DNA of 64,000 nt from Sarcophilus harrisii (Eukaryota): the NCBI GenBank assembly GCA_048593225.1, contig CM109175.1, positions 261,543,655 through 261,607,654 of the forward strand. Direction: 5' to 3'. Each line of letters opens with the position of its first letter. Within the stretch, counting starts at the first letter, position 1. The position numbers and the translations under genes were made by a program. Of this stretch, positions 12,194 through 26,285 are shown piece after piece. Below the pieces are notes generated by a model. That model had not been told where the DNA came from and did not search any database. It saw only the letters and a program-made list of their open reading frames with translations.

Positions 12194-13189
12194 GTAAAGT
12201 TTTAGTAAATCCATCATCAGCCATCATGGACAGAGATACCTTAGACCAAAATTTCTTACACTGGGTTGTGACCCCATATGGGATTGTATAACTGAATGTG
12301 GGAGTCACAAAATTATTATTTATTATCACTAAATGTTGGATTTGTACACCTATTTTATATACCTACATACTCTCAGCTGTGTAAAATTTTCCTGAGCAAA
12401 ACAGGGTTGCAAGTAGAAAAAGTTTTAAGAAATCCTATCTTAGACAAAAGTACAAATCTTCCCACTTGCCTTCTTAGCTCTTGTATGCTTCTGATACCAC
12501 TGCTGCTCTGATCCTCAGCTGCTTATTGCCAGGAGCTCCAGCATTAAATTGCTTTACTCTAGGTTTTGACCCTAAATTGGGCCCCTCATTCCAAAGTTAT
12601 TCTTCCTATCTATGCTATCAAACTTTCATTTCCCCAAAGGCAACTGCCTTCATTTAGCTTGCTAGAGTGATTCAATCTGATAAATTAAATTCACACTGAA
12701 GTGAGAATCACTGATTCCTAGATTAATGTATTTGTACTTTAATAGAAAAATTAATTAATTTGAATTAATAGATCTCTAATGGAAGAATCTAAGCAAGATA
12801 TTTTGGGGACAGATGGTTTTCTTCTCTCAAATGACAGTAGATTGCTGGTTGGAGGTGAGCCAGAGACAGCTGAGGGTTTAAACAGATGTCTTCTCCCACA
12901 GAAACAATAATAAAGTGAAAGTCAATGACATTACATGAATAGTTTTGACACCTGTTCAGATTATTGATTTGTAATTACAGATCAAATGCTCAGATACTCT
13001 ATGAGACTAAATAGGTTGTTCTTTAAAGATAAAATATTAACACAGCCAAATCCAGAGACTCTTAGACCTTTTTAGAAAAGATGTACAAAATTGCAGTGCT
13101 TCAGTATTTATAAACAATAGTCTTTTTGGTGTGTACTTGATCTTGGTTTATTTTAAATATATCAGATTTCTTCCATCTTTTCCTTTCAG

Positions 13190-13217
13190 ATGACTGAATA
13201 TTTTAGGACCCCTCTTG
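13190..13217 (+). CDS. PARP14-like protein, 28-nt micro-exon 4 (MTEYFRTPL + 1 nt)
   Basis: Strong acceptor ccatcttttcctttcag|, perfect donor |GTAAGT. Only one frame is open. Its phase-1 end joins exon 5 exactly (g + aa = GAA Glu). Confidence 0.45.
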
Positions 13218-14314
13218 GTAAGTACACTGTCTGGGAATATCATAGAGTTGATATTATTCAGCTTTCCAGAGAATTCAAGCATCTTCTCATTCACAAACAT
13301 TTCTGTTCTTCAAAATTTCATCTAATCTGTTTATCAATATAGTCATTCATATCCTACTTCCTCACACTTTCAAGGGCACAAGTCTAAAGGACACATAAAT
13401 CTGTGTAGGTAAATAGGTAGAGATACTTATGCAGTTATGATATACTTAATGAATTACTTCCCACTCCTACCCTTATTCCAGGCTAATCAGTAAGGTAATA
13501 TATAAAAGAGATATAATGAATTCAAATTGTTTAAATTAACTCTCTGCTTGATGTGCTATTTAATAATGGACAGTATTGAAGTTATTATTGACTCTATACT
13601 GCTTGACCCTGGTGTTTTTTTTTTTTTTTCAGATATCTTAGAATCTCAGTCCTAAGAAAATTATAGCAATACTTATCATATGTTATAATTAACATATGCT
13701 ATCCACCTCCTGAACATAAAATTCTAAGGGAGAGGAAAAAGAAGTATAATACCCTCCTGTTCTTAGGGAGTTTGCAATTTGATTGAGATGGCAAGATTAC
13801 CATAATACAGTGGTACAGTATATAAGAATTATATATGCCTATCCTCCACTGAGATCTTCTGATACTTGAGTTCTCAAAGGCTGTGATAGTGAAACATAAA
13901 CACTAGTAGATCTTCCTAACCTGAAAGGGCTCAGGGACCCAATGTGTGCCATTACTATAGAAACCAACCTTACTAGTGAGCCTATCATTGAACTGATGGC
14001 AGAGTGTTGATTTTTGTGACTAAAGTCTCTTAAAATGATGATTTTTGTGATTGAAGTCTCTTAAGAACACTCTTCCAAAATGATGGTGAGGATATGATCT
14101 GTGCTGATGGAGGTATTGATGAAACTGATAAAATTATTTAATGGCATGTGAGTGTAGATATATGTGTCATGAGAGAGAAGAGACAAAAAGAGAGACAGAG
14201 ACACAGACACACACAGAGAAAAGAGAATATTATAAACATATATAAGCATCATAAACATTTATATTTACACCCAAACTTCTATTGTCAAAGATAAATTTTC
14301 TATGTGGGGGGAGG

Positions 14315-14480
14315 AAGGGGGAGCCTGGCCAACTAAATTGAGAGCTGACCTTAGGTCCAGGAAGACCTGCATTCAAGTCCCACTGCTGACACATACTGAT
14401 TGTAATCTTGGTCAAATCATTTATCTTCTGAATCCTCTAAGCAACTTCTAAGAGATTAAATTGCAGAAAAGGTGATCACT
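14315..14480 (+). mobile_element. tRNA-derived SINE fragment (MIR/MAR-like)
   Basis: ...gacctgcattcaagtcccactgctgacacatactgattgtaatcttggtcaaatcatttatcttctgaatcctctaagc resembles the MIR/MAR body (gacctgggttcaaatc...ctgtgtgaccttgggcaagtcacttaacc). Confidence 0.35.
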
Positions 14481-16159
14481 AGCATTGATAAAGATATCAA
14501 TCTGGGCATATATCCTTTTCTGCTGAAATCACAGATCCAAGGAAAAAAGAAATGTTTGTTAAATGGAAACAACATTGAATAAAAAAAAGAAAAAGGAAGA
14601 ATCATAGATCTAGTCCTTGTTTATATATAATATACATATATATATACATATAAAAATGTATATATAGCTAAATACCTGCATATATTTATTAACATATAAT
14701 AAATATATACAATATGAAACTAAATTCTAAGGGTATGGTATAGATCAGGGGTAGGGAATGCTTGGCCCGCCTGATTTCAAAGATTGCTAAATCATTTTGC
14801 TAAGGCAACCATAAGCAATAATGAGCTAAAAGCTAGGTACAACAATCTCCAACTGCTTGAGTTCTATAAATTGATCATTTTGTATAGCCCATGAATAATG
14901 TTATAAATATCCAAATTGCCCTTGGCAGAAAAAAAGATTCCCCCCCAGTATAGATAATAAGGACTGTTCAGAGAAGAGAGACTATTGGAGCTTGAATGGA
15001 AGAGATGAGATTTGATCTGAATCTTGATAGGGTAGTGTTTGAGCAAGCAAGGAAATAAATGGAGGATAAGACATTTTAAGGTAACAGAGTGCTGTAGATA
15101 AAGGGCCCTGGCTTTTGTATGACAGGGAAATGCGCTTGATGATAAAGGAGGTTTCATGTTGGGAATTAATGGGGAAAAAAAACGTTGAATAGGTAGAGTA
15201 GGGCTAGAAAATGGGGAGCTTTAAAAAGTTTGTAGGTATATTTGGCCCAGTTACAAAAATACAGATTTGCCATTAACAAAGAGGTAGTTATGGAAGACAA
15301 TGGTAATAGATGAGTGATAAGAGGAAAGATGTATTTAAAAAGAATAACACAAGACTGGGTGGAACCTTGAGGAAAGCCCTTATTTAGGGTTCATAGTAAG
15401 GAAGAAGTATGAGCAAAGGAGAGAGGGAGAGAGAAGTAACACATTAACGTAGAGGGCCAGTATTGAATAAATCCATATATAAGAATGGACTTATTCAATA
15501 TTGGCCCTCTACAGATTAATACAAACAAGAGGAGATTCAGGAGAGTAGAGTCCCATGGAAACCAAGAGTACCCAACAGTATGAAAGAGAAGGGGGGGGAA
15601 TCCATAGGATCATAAACTTTTGAGGTGCAAGAGACTTCAAGAGGTCATCAAGTCCAATCAGCTCAATTAAATAAAAAGAAAAAAGAATACATAATTAATA
15701 ATAATAGTAGCTAACTTTATATAGCACTTTAAAGCTTTATACAGTACTTTATAAAACATTTTTAAAGTAATTTACCATACTACTTAATCTTCACAAGGAC
15801 TCTAATGAATAGGGAAGGGAATATATATTTATAAAATATGTACTATGTGCAAGGCAGTCTGCTAAGTGCTTTACAAATGTTATTTCATTTTAGATGAGAT
15901 AATATTAAGAGCTATATTATCCCTATTTTGCAAATAAATACAATGAGACTGAGAAAAGTTAAGCAATTTGCTCAGGACCACTCAGCTAGTGGGTATGTGA
16001 AGCAGTATTTGAATAAAGTTAATAAATAATAATGGTTCTAAATCTAGCACTATCATCCATGCCACCTAGTTTTATAATTAAAACTTCACAGAACTATCTA
16101 CAACATGCTTTTTTAAATCTTAATATTTAGTTTTTTATTTAATTTTTAAAATTAAAATT

Positions 16160-18180
16160 AAAATTTTTTTAAATAAAGCTTTTTATTTTCAGAACACATG
16201 CATAGATAATTTCAATATTCACTCTTGCCAAACTTTGTGTTCCAAAACTTTTTTTTCTTTCTTTCCTCTACCTGGCAAGTAGACCAAAATAGATGGCAAG
16301 TAATCCAAAATATATTAAACATGTGCAATTCTTCTATACAAATTTCCACAATTATGCTGCACAAGAAAAATCAGATTAAAAAGGAAAAATGAGAAAGAAA
16401 ACAAAATGCAAGCAAACAACAACAAAAAAAAATATGAAAATACTGTGTTGTGATCCCCAATCAGCCCCACAGTCCTCTCTCTGGGTGCAGATGGCTCTTT
16501 CTTCATCACAAGACCATTGGAACAGGCCTGAGTCACCTTGCTGTTGAAAAGAACCACGTCCATCAGAATTGATTATCATATAATCTTGTTGTTGCTGTGT
16601 ATAATGTTCTCTTGGTTCTACTCACTTAGCATCAATTCATGTAAGTCTCTCCAGACTTTTTTGAAATCCTCCTGATCATTTCTTACAGAACAATAATACT
16701 CCATAACATTCATATACCATAACTTATTCAGCCATTCTCCAACTGAGGGGCATCCACTCAGTTTCCAGTTTCTTGCCACTATAAAAAATTCATGTAAGTC
16801 TTTTCAGGCTTTTTTGAAATCAGTTTGCTGATAGTTTCTTATAGAACAATAATACTTTATTACATTCATATAACTTATTCAGTCTTTCCCCACTGATGGG
16901 CATCTACTCAGTTTCTAGTTTCTTGTCACCACAAAAAGGGTTGCTTCAAACATTTTTGCACATGTGGATCCTTTTTCTTTTTTTATGATCTCTTTGGAAT
17001 ACAGACCCAGTAGAGACTCTGATGGATCAAAGGATCTACACAATTTGGTAATCCTTTGGGCATAGTTTCAAATTGCTCTTTAGAATAATTGGATCAGTTC
17101 TCAACTCCACCAACAATGTATCAGTGTCTCAGTTTTCCCACATCCCCTCCAACATTCATCATTATTTTTTCCTATCATCTTAGCCAATCTGAGAGGTGTG
17201 TAATAGTACCTTAGAATTGCCTTGATTTGCATTTCTCTGACCAGTAGTGATTTAGAATACTTTTTCATATGACTAGAAATTGTTTTAATTTCTTCATCTG
17301 AAAATTATTCATATTCTTTGACCATTTATCAATTGGAGAATGGCTTGTATTATTTTAAATTTGAGTCAGTTCTCGATATATTTTAGAAATGAGGTCTTTA
17401 ATAGAATCCTTGGATGTAAAATTTTTTCCCCAATTTACTGTTTCCCTTCTAATCTTGTCTGCATTGTTTTTACAGACTTTTTTTTTAACTTAATATAATT
17501 AAAATTATCTGTTTTGCAGTCCATAATGTATTCTGGTTCTATTTTCCCACAAATTTCTTCCTTCTCCACAGATATAAGAGGTAGATTATCCTTTGTTTTT
17601 CTAATTTGTTTATAGTATCACTCTTTATGTCTAAGTCATAAACCCATTTCGACCATATCTTGGTATATGGTGTTAAATGAAGGTCAATGCCTAGTTTCTG
17701 CCATATTAGTTTTCAATTTTCTCAGCAATTTTTGTGAAATAGTGAACTCTTATCCCAGAAGCTGGGGATTTGGGATTTATCAAAGGCTAGATTACTATAG
17801 TCATTGAATATTGTGTCTTGTGAGCCTAACCTATTCCACTTATTGACTGTTCTATTAGCCAGTACCAAATGGTTTTGATGATTGTTACTTTATAATATAG
17901 TTTTAGATCTGGTACAGCTAGGCCACCTTCATTTGCGTTTTTTTCTATTAATTCCCTTGAAATTCCTGAACTTTTGTTCTTCTAGATGAACTTTGTTACT
18001 ATGTTTTCCTAGATCTGTAAAATAATTTCTTGGGAGTTTGATTGGTATGGCACTAAATAAGTAGATTAATTTAAGTAGTATGGTCATTTTTATCATATTA
18101 GCTAGCCCACCATAAGCACTTGATGTTCTTCTAGTTGATTAGATCTGACTATTTGTGCTATCCACAAAATACTATAAATA
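16160..18180 (-). mobile_element. L1 fragment (~2 kb: 3'UTR plus ORF2 C-terminal half) in intron of PARP14-like gene; internal tandem duplication ~16700..16900
   Basis: 16310..16580 is L1 3'UTR. 16580..18180 is the reverse complement of L1 ORF2 (ccactataaaaa..ttgcacatgtggatcc; FAHVDP... motifs). Two near-identical ~100-bp tandem blocks lie at 16690..16790 and 16800..16910. Confidence 0.75.
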
Positions 18181-18247
18181 AGCTTGACAACTGAGAAAAG
18201 ATTTTTAATTTAGACTTGTTGGTCAACTCTCTTGTCTTTTCTTCTAG

Positions 18248-19632
18248 AAGCCATTGGTCTCTGTTGGAAGGAGGACCTTGCTTTCATCCAGTATCTTAAT
18301 GACTCCCCAGATGTTTTCCAAGAGTTTGAAGATGATTTAAAGAAAGTAGGCTGTGTTTTCCAAACTTGTTACCCTTTGGGAGTGCTTCAGTTTGTAGCAG
18401 AAGGAGAACACTTAGATCCATCTAATTGGGAGAAAGCTGTGGAGAATGCTTTTCAGAAAAACAAGAAGAGATATGCTATTCACTATGAGTCCAATACAGA
18501 TATTCTAAATATTCTGAAGAAGCAACAATCTCTAGTGAAGTCTTTTAAAAGTATACAAGAATACAAAGGCCCTTGCTTTGTAGGGCTAACTGAAGAAGTG
18601 AAGATGTTTGTACAACATATTCAGGAAATGGCTTTCAGTGAAAAGCCAGTGTGTGTGGAACATCCCATTCTCCATCTTCCTAGATTTACAGTAGTCAAAA
18701 ACATGATAACCAAGTTCCTCTTTCCTCACTCTCCAGTGACTATAGCCTTGGCAGAAGATCCTTTAGGTATGATCACTTTTCAGGGGCCCCAAAAGGATGT
18801 GCTTGAGGTGGAAAGGCAGTTTTATAGTCTGTTTAGTGCTTTTAAGAACTGGCCAGTCTCGCTCTCCACATTCCAAATACATTTTATCCAGGGCCTCCAG
18901 GAAGAACTCTTTAATGAGAATTTTTTCCTTTCTCAAGATATTTCGGCAGTGCTTAACACTTCTGATGGAATTAATATTTGGGGGCTTGATTTTGGAGAAT
19001 TGGTACAAGCAGAAGAATTATTGAAAAGCCTGGTTTATGAGAGGAAGATTGATATCGGGGAAGAGGTCCAGTGGGCAACCAGTGGCCTGGAATGGGAAAC
19101 TCTACTCATAGCACTAAGAAATCCAAAGAGAGTTAATTTTTATAGTGTCAAATCACAGCTAGGTATTTTGACTTCGGTGGTCATAGTGGGCACCAGGATT
19201 GAAGTAGCTGAGGCAGAAATGAATATTAGGGAATATTTGATGAGTTATTCAATAACTGAAGACAGAATTATTTCTCCTCGACTGGAGCTAGCTGAAGCCA
19301 GAGAAAACCTGTTTCGGATAATGAACTGGGGGGACTTAAAGGTGAATATTTGCATTCAAATCAACCATTCTACTTTAACTTTGAAACTAAAAGGACTAAG
19401 GAAGCATGTAAAAGAGGCCAGAGGAATTGTTCAAGCAGATCTAGATTCATTAACTATGAGAAGCATCCCCATAAGGCACAGAGGAGTACAACAATACCTT
19501 TTGGGAATTGGAGCTACAGTTCTTTTCACATTTGCTGAAGAACTCCAATGTTTGGTGAAGATGCAAGTGACAGAGAAAACCACAAATACTTTGCTCTCTG
19601 AGGTCTCAGCTTATAGGAAGGAGAATGAATTG
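18248..19632 (+). CDS. PARP14-like protein, exon 5 (large, 1385 nt; KH-like repeats)
   Basis: Acceptor cttgtcttttcttctag|, donor TTG|GTAAGA. 473-aa ORF. RVNFYSVKSQLGILTSVVIVGTRIEVAEAEMNIREYL parallels PARP14 KVNVQVSFNPENKQKGILLTGSKTEVLKAVDIVKQVW. Terminal ...YRKENEL parallels PARP14 IELQENEV, the segment immediately preceding macrodomain 1 in PARP14. Confidence 0.75.
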
Positions 19633-21775
19633 GTAAGAGTCATCAATTCTTGATAAAATTTCAGAACTGAAAGGGAACTTGAGTCTTTTTTCATCCTCTA
19701 TTCTAAGCCTAGAAAAATGGTTCTTCTATTTTTAGAGGACTTTAAAGTAGGTACCCAGTCTTGCTTATGCTCCTTTGGGGGTTTACTCATTTATTAAATA
19801 TTTATTAAGTGTATAGTATATGTAATAATGCACTAAAATTAGAGAGTATTCAAATTTGGTCCTTTTCTTCAAGGAGTATAAACTCCTTGATAAATCTAAT
19901 AAGATATATTCTTGTATAGGCATTTATCAGTGATATTGCAAGTTCAGTTCCAGACCACTGCAACAAAGTAGATATTGCAATAATGCGAAGTTACTTGGAT
20001 TTTTTCCCCTGTGCATATAAAAGTTATATTTATACAGTAGTCTACTCTACTAAATATACAATAGTATTATGTCCTTACTTTTAAAATATTTTATTACCAA
20101 AAATATGCAAACCCTTATCTGGGCCTTCAGTGGGTCATAATCTTTTTGCTGGTAGGGTCTTGTTTCTGTATTGATGGCTAATGATTGATCAGCTGAAGGC
20201 TATGATGACTATGATGAGTGGCAGTTTCTTAAAATAAGACAACAATGAAATTTGTCACATCTATTGACTATTCTCCCTTTAACCCTCAGAGAGCATTATT
20301 GGGTTATTAATTGACTTAATTTCAAAACTGTCATGTCTCAAGCAATAGGGCAGTCCAAAGAGAGGGAGAAACAGGGAACAGTCAGTTGATGGAGATGTCA
20401 GAATATAGGCATTTATTGGGCAAGTTCCACTGTCTTACAAGGGCATGGTTTGTGGCACCTCAGAACAATATAGTTAGTAACATAAAAGATCACAGAGCAC
20501 CATAAAAATATGATAATGATGAAAAAGTTTGAAACATTGTGAGAATTACCAAAGTGTGAGAGAGACATGATGTGAACCCCTGCTGTTAGAAAAATGGTGC
20601 CTCTTGAATTTCAAGGTTACCATAGTGAAAAATGCAATATCTGTGAAACACAATAAAAGGAAGCACAATTAGACAAGTTATGACTATACAAATTTTATTT
20701 TTTATATTTCATATTCTTTATAAAATATGTATATATTATTTATATTTATATTACAGAAATGCTGATATAGGGACAGCTACGTGGCTCAGATGATTCCTAA
20801 AGTTTCTTTTACCTCTAAGATTCTATGACCAAGTCATACATTATATCAGAATGTTCTGGATTTTAAGCTCTTGTCCCACTTGATGACATACTAAGAAATA
20901 ACCCTAGCTGACCCATTTCATCTCTCATTGGCTTTTAAAATTCTCCCTTTTTCCCTTTTCTCATTTGTGCTTACCATATCTACCATAGATAATTTTGTTT
21001 CCTCTCTACCCCCTTGATTTTATTTTCTTGTTTTATTGCTATAGCTAGCATTTCTACTTCTATATCAAATAAGAGTAAAAACACTGGACATTTTTGTCTT
21101 ACCAGTAATCTTATTGTGAAATATTCTAGTATTTCTCCAATTACGTCTTAAGTAGATTTAACCATGATTATTGATAGTTTATAAACCAATTAGATAGATG
21201 GTGCCCTGAGCTTCGGTTTTAGTTCTGGTTCCAGGACAAGTGAAATAGTCAGGGGCCACCAACCCTCTCTAAAATTATGCAAGTTGATTTGGAATGACAT
21301 AGTAGTTAGGATGAATAATGTTTTTAAAATGTTAAGTAGACTAGGGAATCAGGACTCTACAAATAAACTAATCTGGGGTAAATAGAAACTAGCTACCTCT
21401 AAACACACTAATTATCACCAAATAAGGATAAACACAGGGATTAGTAGCATTGAAGGGTTGCCCTTAATGGATTCATCAGTAATTCAATCAGTAATTGTGA
21501 GTCCTTTTCTACATTCCCTCTGGGGAATCCTAAACTAGACAGGGTGATTGGTGAAATATCAGTGTTCTGTTCAAGGCCTTCCCCGGGATTTCTTCATCTT
21601 TTAGTCCAATTATCTTTTTGTTTTTGTGTTTGTTAAATGAGAAATGGAAGAATAATTTATAAGTTTCTGAACTTTAGGATCTTATAGAGGAATCAAAAGA
21701 AAGATTTCTGAGTCTTCTGGGAATGTCGTGTTTTCTAATACATTTAGTAGGTTTCTTACTCTTTCTTTTTATTAG

Positions 21776-21836
21776 ACATCTGTCCAAGAACTCCTGAAGT
21801 TTCTCAGAAGATACAGAAAAGAACACTTTGCTCTTG
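21776..21836 (+). CDS. PARP14-like protein, exon 6 (TSVQELLKFLRRYRKEHFAL)
   Basis: Acceptor ctttctttttattag|, donor CTTG|GTAAGA. 61 nt, phase 0 to 1; completes Gly codon with exon 7. Resembles PARP14 AISWLQDLIEKEQ (post-macrodomain linker). Confidence 0.55.
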
Positions 21837-22454
21837 GTAAGAATGAGAAGATACTGTCCTATTCCCTGGAATCCCTATTAGTTTTCTTTCATCTCCAGAT
21901 GTGTAAGAATTTGGGGACATTATTCCATTTGGAGATATTTGTACTACAGGTAGAAACATTCTCTTCCCAGTTACTGACAAAATGACCAGGGAGACACAAA
22001 GCAGTAACCTAAAGATAATGCAGTGTATGGTTACTAAGCATTTTCAGAGCAATGGTACACATTATCTCTTGAAGACTGCTCTGTGTCTTCTCTTAATGTT
22101 GAACTTGTCGAGGGGACCAATATGTAGGAAAAGGAGAAAGGAGAGAAGGAAGATGGCTGTTATTAGTTGGCTAAGCTATTAGTCAGCATCCAGCTAAAAG
22201 CACTTAGTACAGTGCTTTTATAAATATTATTTAATTTGATTCTAACAACAACTTTGGAAAGTAAGTACTATTACCTGCATTTTACAGTTGAGGAAACTGA
22301 GATAAAACGAGTTGTCCAGGGTGACACATTCATTAAGTATATAAAGTTGGATTTGGATTCTGACTTTTCTTACATCAGGCCCTAAACTATATCTGTTGTA
22401 TCAACAGCTACTTAAACCATTCTTCTAAACATATTAAGTATGTTAAGTAAGTAT

Positions 22455-22615
22455 CACAAATGTTTAACCTATATTGGATTACTTGCTGTCTAAGGGAAGG
22501 GGATGGGGAGGGAGAGAGAAAAATTTGGAACACAAGGTTTTGCAAGGGTGATTGTTGAAAATTATCTTTGCATGTATTTTGACAAATAAAAAGCTATTAT
22601 TAAAAAAATTAAAAT
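22455..22615 (+). mobile_element. L1 3'UTR tail fragment
   Basis: tattggattacttgctgtctaagggaaggggatggggagggagagagaaaaatttggaacacaaggttttgcaagggtgattgttgaaaattatctttgcatgtattttgacaaataaaaagctattattaaaaaaa matches the L1 3' ends at 32760..32880 and 54360..54420. Confidence 0.6.
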
Positions 22616-23211
22616 AAACCACTGAGATTGGTGAAAAGAAAGAGAAAGTAGCAGTTTCCTCTAAATTAAACCACATTTTTTTTTTTTTTTACTATAAGTT
22701 AGATGTGTAAAGTACCTTAGAGGTTATATAATTCAACTCCCTCTTCTCCAGCCTATTCCTAGGTTCCTTAAGTATGTGGAAATTTATGTATATAATGATT
22801 TTGTATATAAAAATTTATGTATGTAATAAGTTTCTGAATAAGTGGAAATTTGATCTTGCAATCTTAAAATTAAAAACAAATTTCTAATTTTGTCAACCTT
22901 CCACAGTTATATACATATATTTATATATAAACCTAAGCCCTTTGCTAGAATTCTAGTATAATTGATTATTTTCTTGGTATTAATTAAATTAGAAAATAGT
23001 TATTTCTCATTTTCTTTATGCTTCAGAAACTGAGGGCAATTTGTTCAGCCTTTTTCAGACTGAGTAATTTCAATTCTTTTGAGCTTTTCTCATACATTCT
23101 ATTATTTTAGCCTTTCATAGGCAGTATGACATCAGAATGGATCAGATTTTCCTTCATTTTCAAAAATTGAGGGTATTTGACTCATTATGAATTTCTTCTC
23201 TTTGTTTTCAG

Positions 23212-23739
23212 GTGACTCTCCACTAGGACTGGTTCAAGTATTGGGTAAGGAGATGAATTTAGTCAAATTTCAGGAAGCTTTTGAAGACTTTATGAATGGA
23301 TATTGCAGTGAAACATTTGACAGTGATAAAATAGTCACTTTCAGCCAAGACTGTCTTCAAAAGGTCTTAAGCCAAGGGTACTATTTCCCACTCAATCTGC
23401 ATCATCGTGGGAGTCTCTTACAGATCCAAGGTTTTCAGGAAGATGTGAAGAAAGCTGCTATTGTTGTACAAACTTTAATCCAGGAAGCTCATGACATAGA
23501 TAGAGCAGCAGAAGCCCTGAAATCTGTGGTTCAATGGCAATATGACATTGGTAACACAGGTCTTTCCCCATTTGATAAAACTACAAATCTAAAACTGGAA
23601 GCAGCATATAGGAAGGAAGAAGAGAACATTGAAATCATCTTGAATTCTAGAAAAGCCAAGGTCAACTTGAAGAAGAGGGAAGGTTTGGTACTAGACATGG
23701 GGACAATTTTTAAAATAAAGCGGGAAATCTGCATATGGG
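23212..23739 (+). CDS. PARP14-like protein, exon 7 (contains WWE domain)
   Basis: Acceptor tctttgttttcag|, donor TGGG|GTGAGT. ...ALKSVVQWQYDIGNTGLSPFDKTTNLKLEAAYRKEEENIEIILNSRKAKVNLKKREGLVLDMGTIFKIKRE matches PARP14 WWE (FIEWQYNDNNTSHCFNKMTNLKLEDARREKKKTVDVKINHRHYTVNL). Confidence 0.8.
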
Positions 23740-25034
23740 GTGAGTTTTTTTTTTCCTTTAATTTTCATTTCTCAATTAATCAGGTTTACTTGGCTTTGTC
23801 CCTTTCTTTAAGCTCTCATTTCTTCCCAGATTCATCCTTAATGAATAAGAATGAGAGAGGTGGTCATTCTGGAAGATATTTATCTATGTTAGAAAATTGG
23901 AAAATTAAAAGTAGTAGTTGTTAACCTTGTCCTGCACTAATTTTTCAATGGGATTCTTTAGCCAATTTCATACTTGCTTATAATGAGAAAAATATAAACA
24001 TTTGAAGTTCATTGATAATCCAAAAGGTACTTTAGTTAATTATTCTAATGTCTTATTTTATTTATACTAATACATTGTATTTGAATACTTTCCCTCAAAC
24101 ATCTAGAGAACAGCAAATCCAGAACATTCTCTGAAACTTTAAGCAAAAATGTAACTAATCACACCATAGGTTTCTACATTTGTAGTTTACCAATTGCTAA
24201 TAGAAAGACTATGCTAATAATTTTACCTTTTCCTCCCATTTAATTTTTTATCAGAATTTTTAACAAGAGATAAACACAGATATCTAATGTTTTTTTCACT
24301 TCCTCTTTACCAGTAATTAGTTAGATGGGCTAAAAAAGAAACAATTAAAAGGATTCTCTTGCCTTTAAAGAATTTAGAAATAAATGTGGACACTCAATTC
24401 AACAAACAGTAAGTGCTTACTATATACAGGGCCATAGAAAGCCACTTCCAGATAACAGACTGCTTTCCAAATTCAGATGGAATAAAACTGTTTAAAGTAA
24501 AAAGAGAAGCAGATGAATATTTTGAAGGCAAGTGTGATGATAAAGCCATTCTACATTTATTTCATTGCCTTCTTGAACACAGGAATACATAACTCCAGTA
24601 ACAAAACAATCTCTCCTTGAATTGGAAGCAAAATAGCAGCTGACCATTTCTAGATAATTCTCAATATTTAATTCAACAAATTAGGTACCTAATATGTGTA
24701 GAATGCAGTGCTGGAGGAAATGCAATTAGCATATTCAATAGGGAAATGCAATATATGCACATATATGTATACTAAAATGAACTAGTAAGAAAGATTAAGC
24801 TCTGATAATGTGGTTAGATTGCTATGGTTGCACTAGTCCAAAACACTTGAGTAATTGATGTTCTCTGTCTTCTCAGATATTAGTGATTTTAAACTATGGT
24901 AGGCAATTCATATTTCCTGAAAAGGTAACTTTTATTTCTAAACGATACCTCCTTTTTGGCTTGCTTCCTCTTTCCTGTTGAGTCCCTTCCCCCCCACCCA
25001 AACAAAACAATTTTGCCATACTTTAGTCTTGGAT

Positions 25035-25272
25035 TTGGGCAAGTAGGTGGTATGGTGGATAGAGAGCCAGAAATGAAGTCAGTAATACTCATCTTCCTAA
25101 ATTCAAACCTGACCTCAGATACTTAGTAGCTGTGTGACCCTGGGCAAGAGACCCTGTTTGCCTGAATTTCTATTCTATAAGATGAGCTGGAAAAGGAAAT
25201 GGCTCTTCAATATCTTTCCCAGGAAAACTCCAAATGGGTCACAAAGAATCAGACACACTGAACAACTGAAAA
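25035..25272 (+). mobile_element. marsupial tRNA-derived SINE (MAR1/SINE1-like)
   Basis: gtaggtggtatggtggatagagagccag...cctcagatacttagtagctgtgtgaccctgggcaag...ccaaatgggtcacaaagaatcagacacactgaacaactgaa is the characteristic MAR1/SINE1_Mdo structure. Confidence 0.6.
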
Positions 25273-26148
25273 ACAACAATGGTGTTGCATACTATTATAA
25301 GCGGTTATGAAAGTCTAATAATAAATAGTCCCTCTCTTTATCTTCCTTCTCATTTCCAGTGTCCGGGTTCAGTTCAATTAAATCAGATGTTTATTTAATA
25401 AAGGGAAAATCACTTTGTGGTCTTCTACATCTGAATATTAGATAAAATACAACAAGCAATTTCAATATTTATTGGCCAATAGTTTTTTTTTTTTAAATCA
25501 CATTTAATTTCTTAGAAGCAAAAGTGAACATTTAGAACAAAGATTAAAGTTTCCTGAATCCCTCCCTTTGTTCCTTGCTTCTCAATCTTCCAAAATAGTC
25601 TGGTAGGGATGAAGTGAATGAATAATCCACTATGCATTTGGCATCGCTGCTGGACAATGGGACAGAGAAGAAGGAAATGATATCACCATCTTTCTTCCTG
25701 GCTCACACTTGAGCAAAAGTTTGGGTTTCTCCCTTATTATCTCAGTATTACGCCTCAGAATTGTCACTACCATTCATTCTAGTTCAATCCCTGGCTGCTT
25801 GAAATAGCTCCTTCTAGCAATTGCTCCTGATGGGTCCTCTCTGGGGTCTCATGAAGACCATTCCTTTTGTATCTTCATGCTTGTAATAGCTTCCTGCTTC
25901 CTCTTCCCACTTCTTCAACCTTAAGATTAGGGTCAGTATTGGGGTAGAATTTGGGATTCTGGGTAATTAGTCCCTTAAACAAAGTCTCTTTGTCCCCAAT
26001 GGATATGGCCAAGGTTAGATTACATATGTAAATAACTACAATAAATAAAAGAACAAAAATGCAAACATAAAGTATCCCAACATAAGAAATAGGAACGCTC
26101 ACAGATTTCATTTAAGTTTCTAAAAATACTTCCAACTTTTTGTAATAG

Positions 26149-26285
26149 AGATGAGCATCCCTCAACATTGGGAACCAATGGATGATAACCCAGTGAAGAC
26201 TGTGAAACTCTCATCAAATCAGGTGGAGTACCAGAGAGTAGCCCAGAAGTTCAAGTATTCCATGAATAAGACTACCATCCTTAAG
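26149..26285 (+). CDS. PARP14-like protein, exon 8 (WWE-to-PARP linker)
   Basis: Acceptor ctttttgtaatag|, donor TTAAG|GTGAAT. EMSIPQHWEPMDDNPVKTVKLSSNQVEYQRVAQKFKYSMNKTTILK matches PARP14 [37 protein letters not shown]. Phase 1 to 0. Confidence 0.8.

Noticed and set aside
18763-19024. ORFs antisense to or out of frame within PARP14-like exon 5
   Set aside because: Shadow ORFs. The homologous, phase-consistent frame is the 18248..19632 frame.
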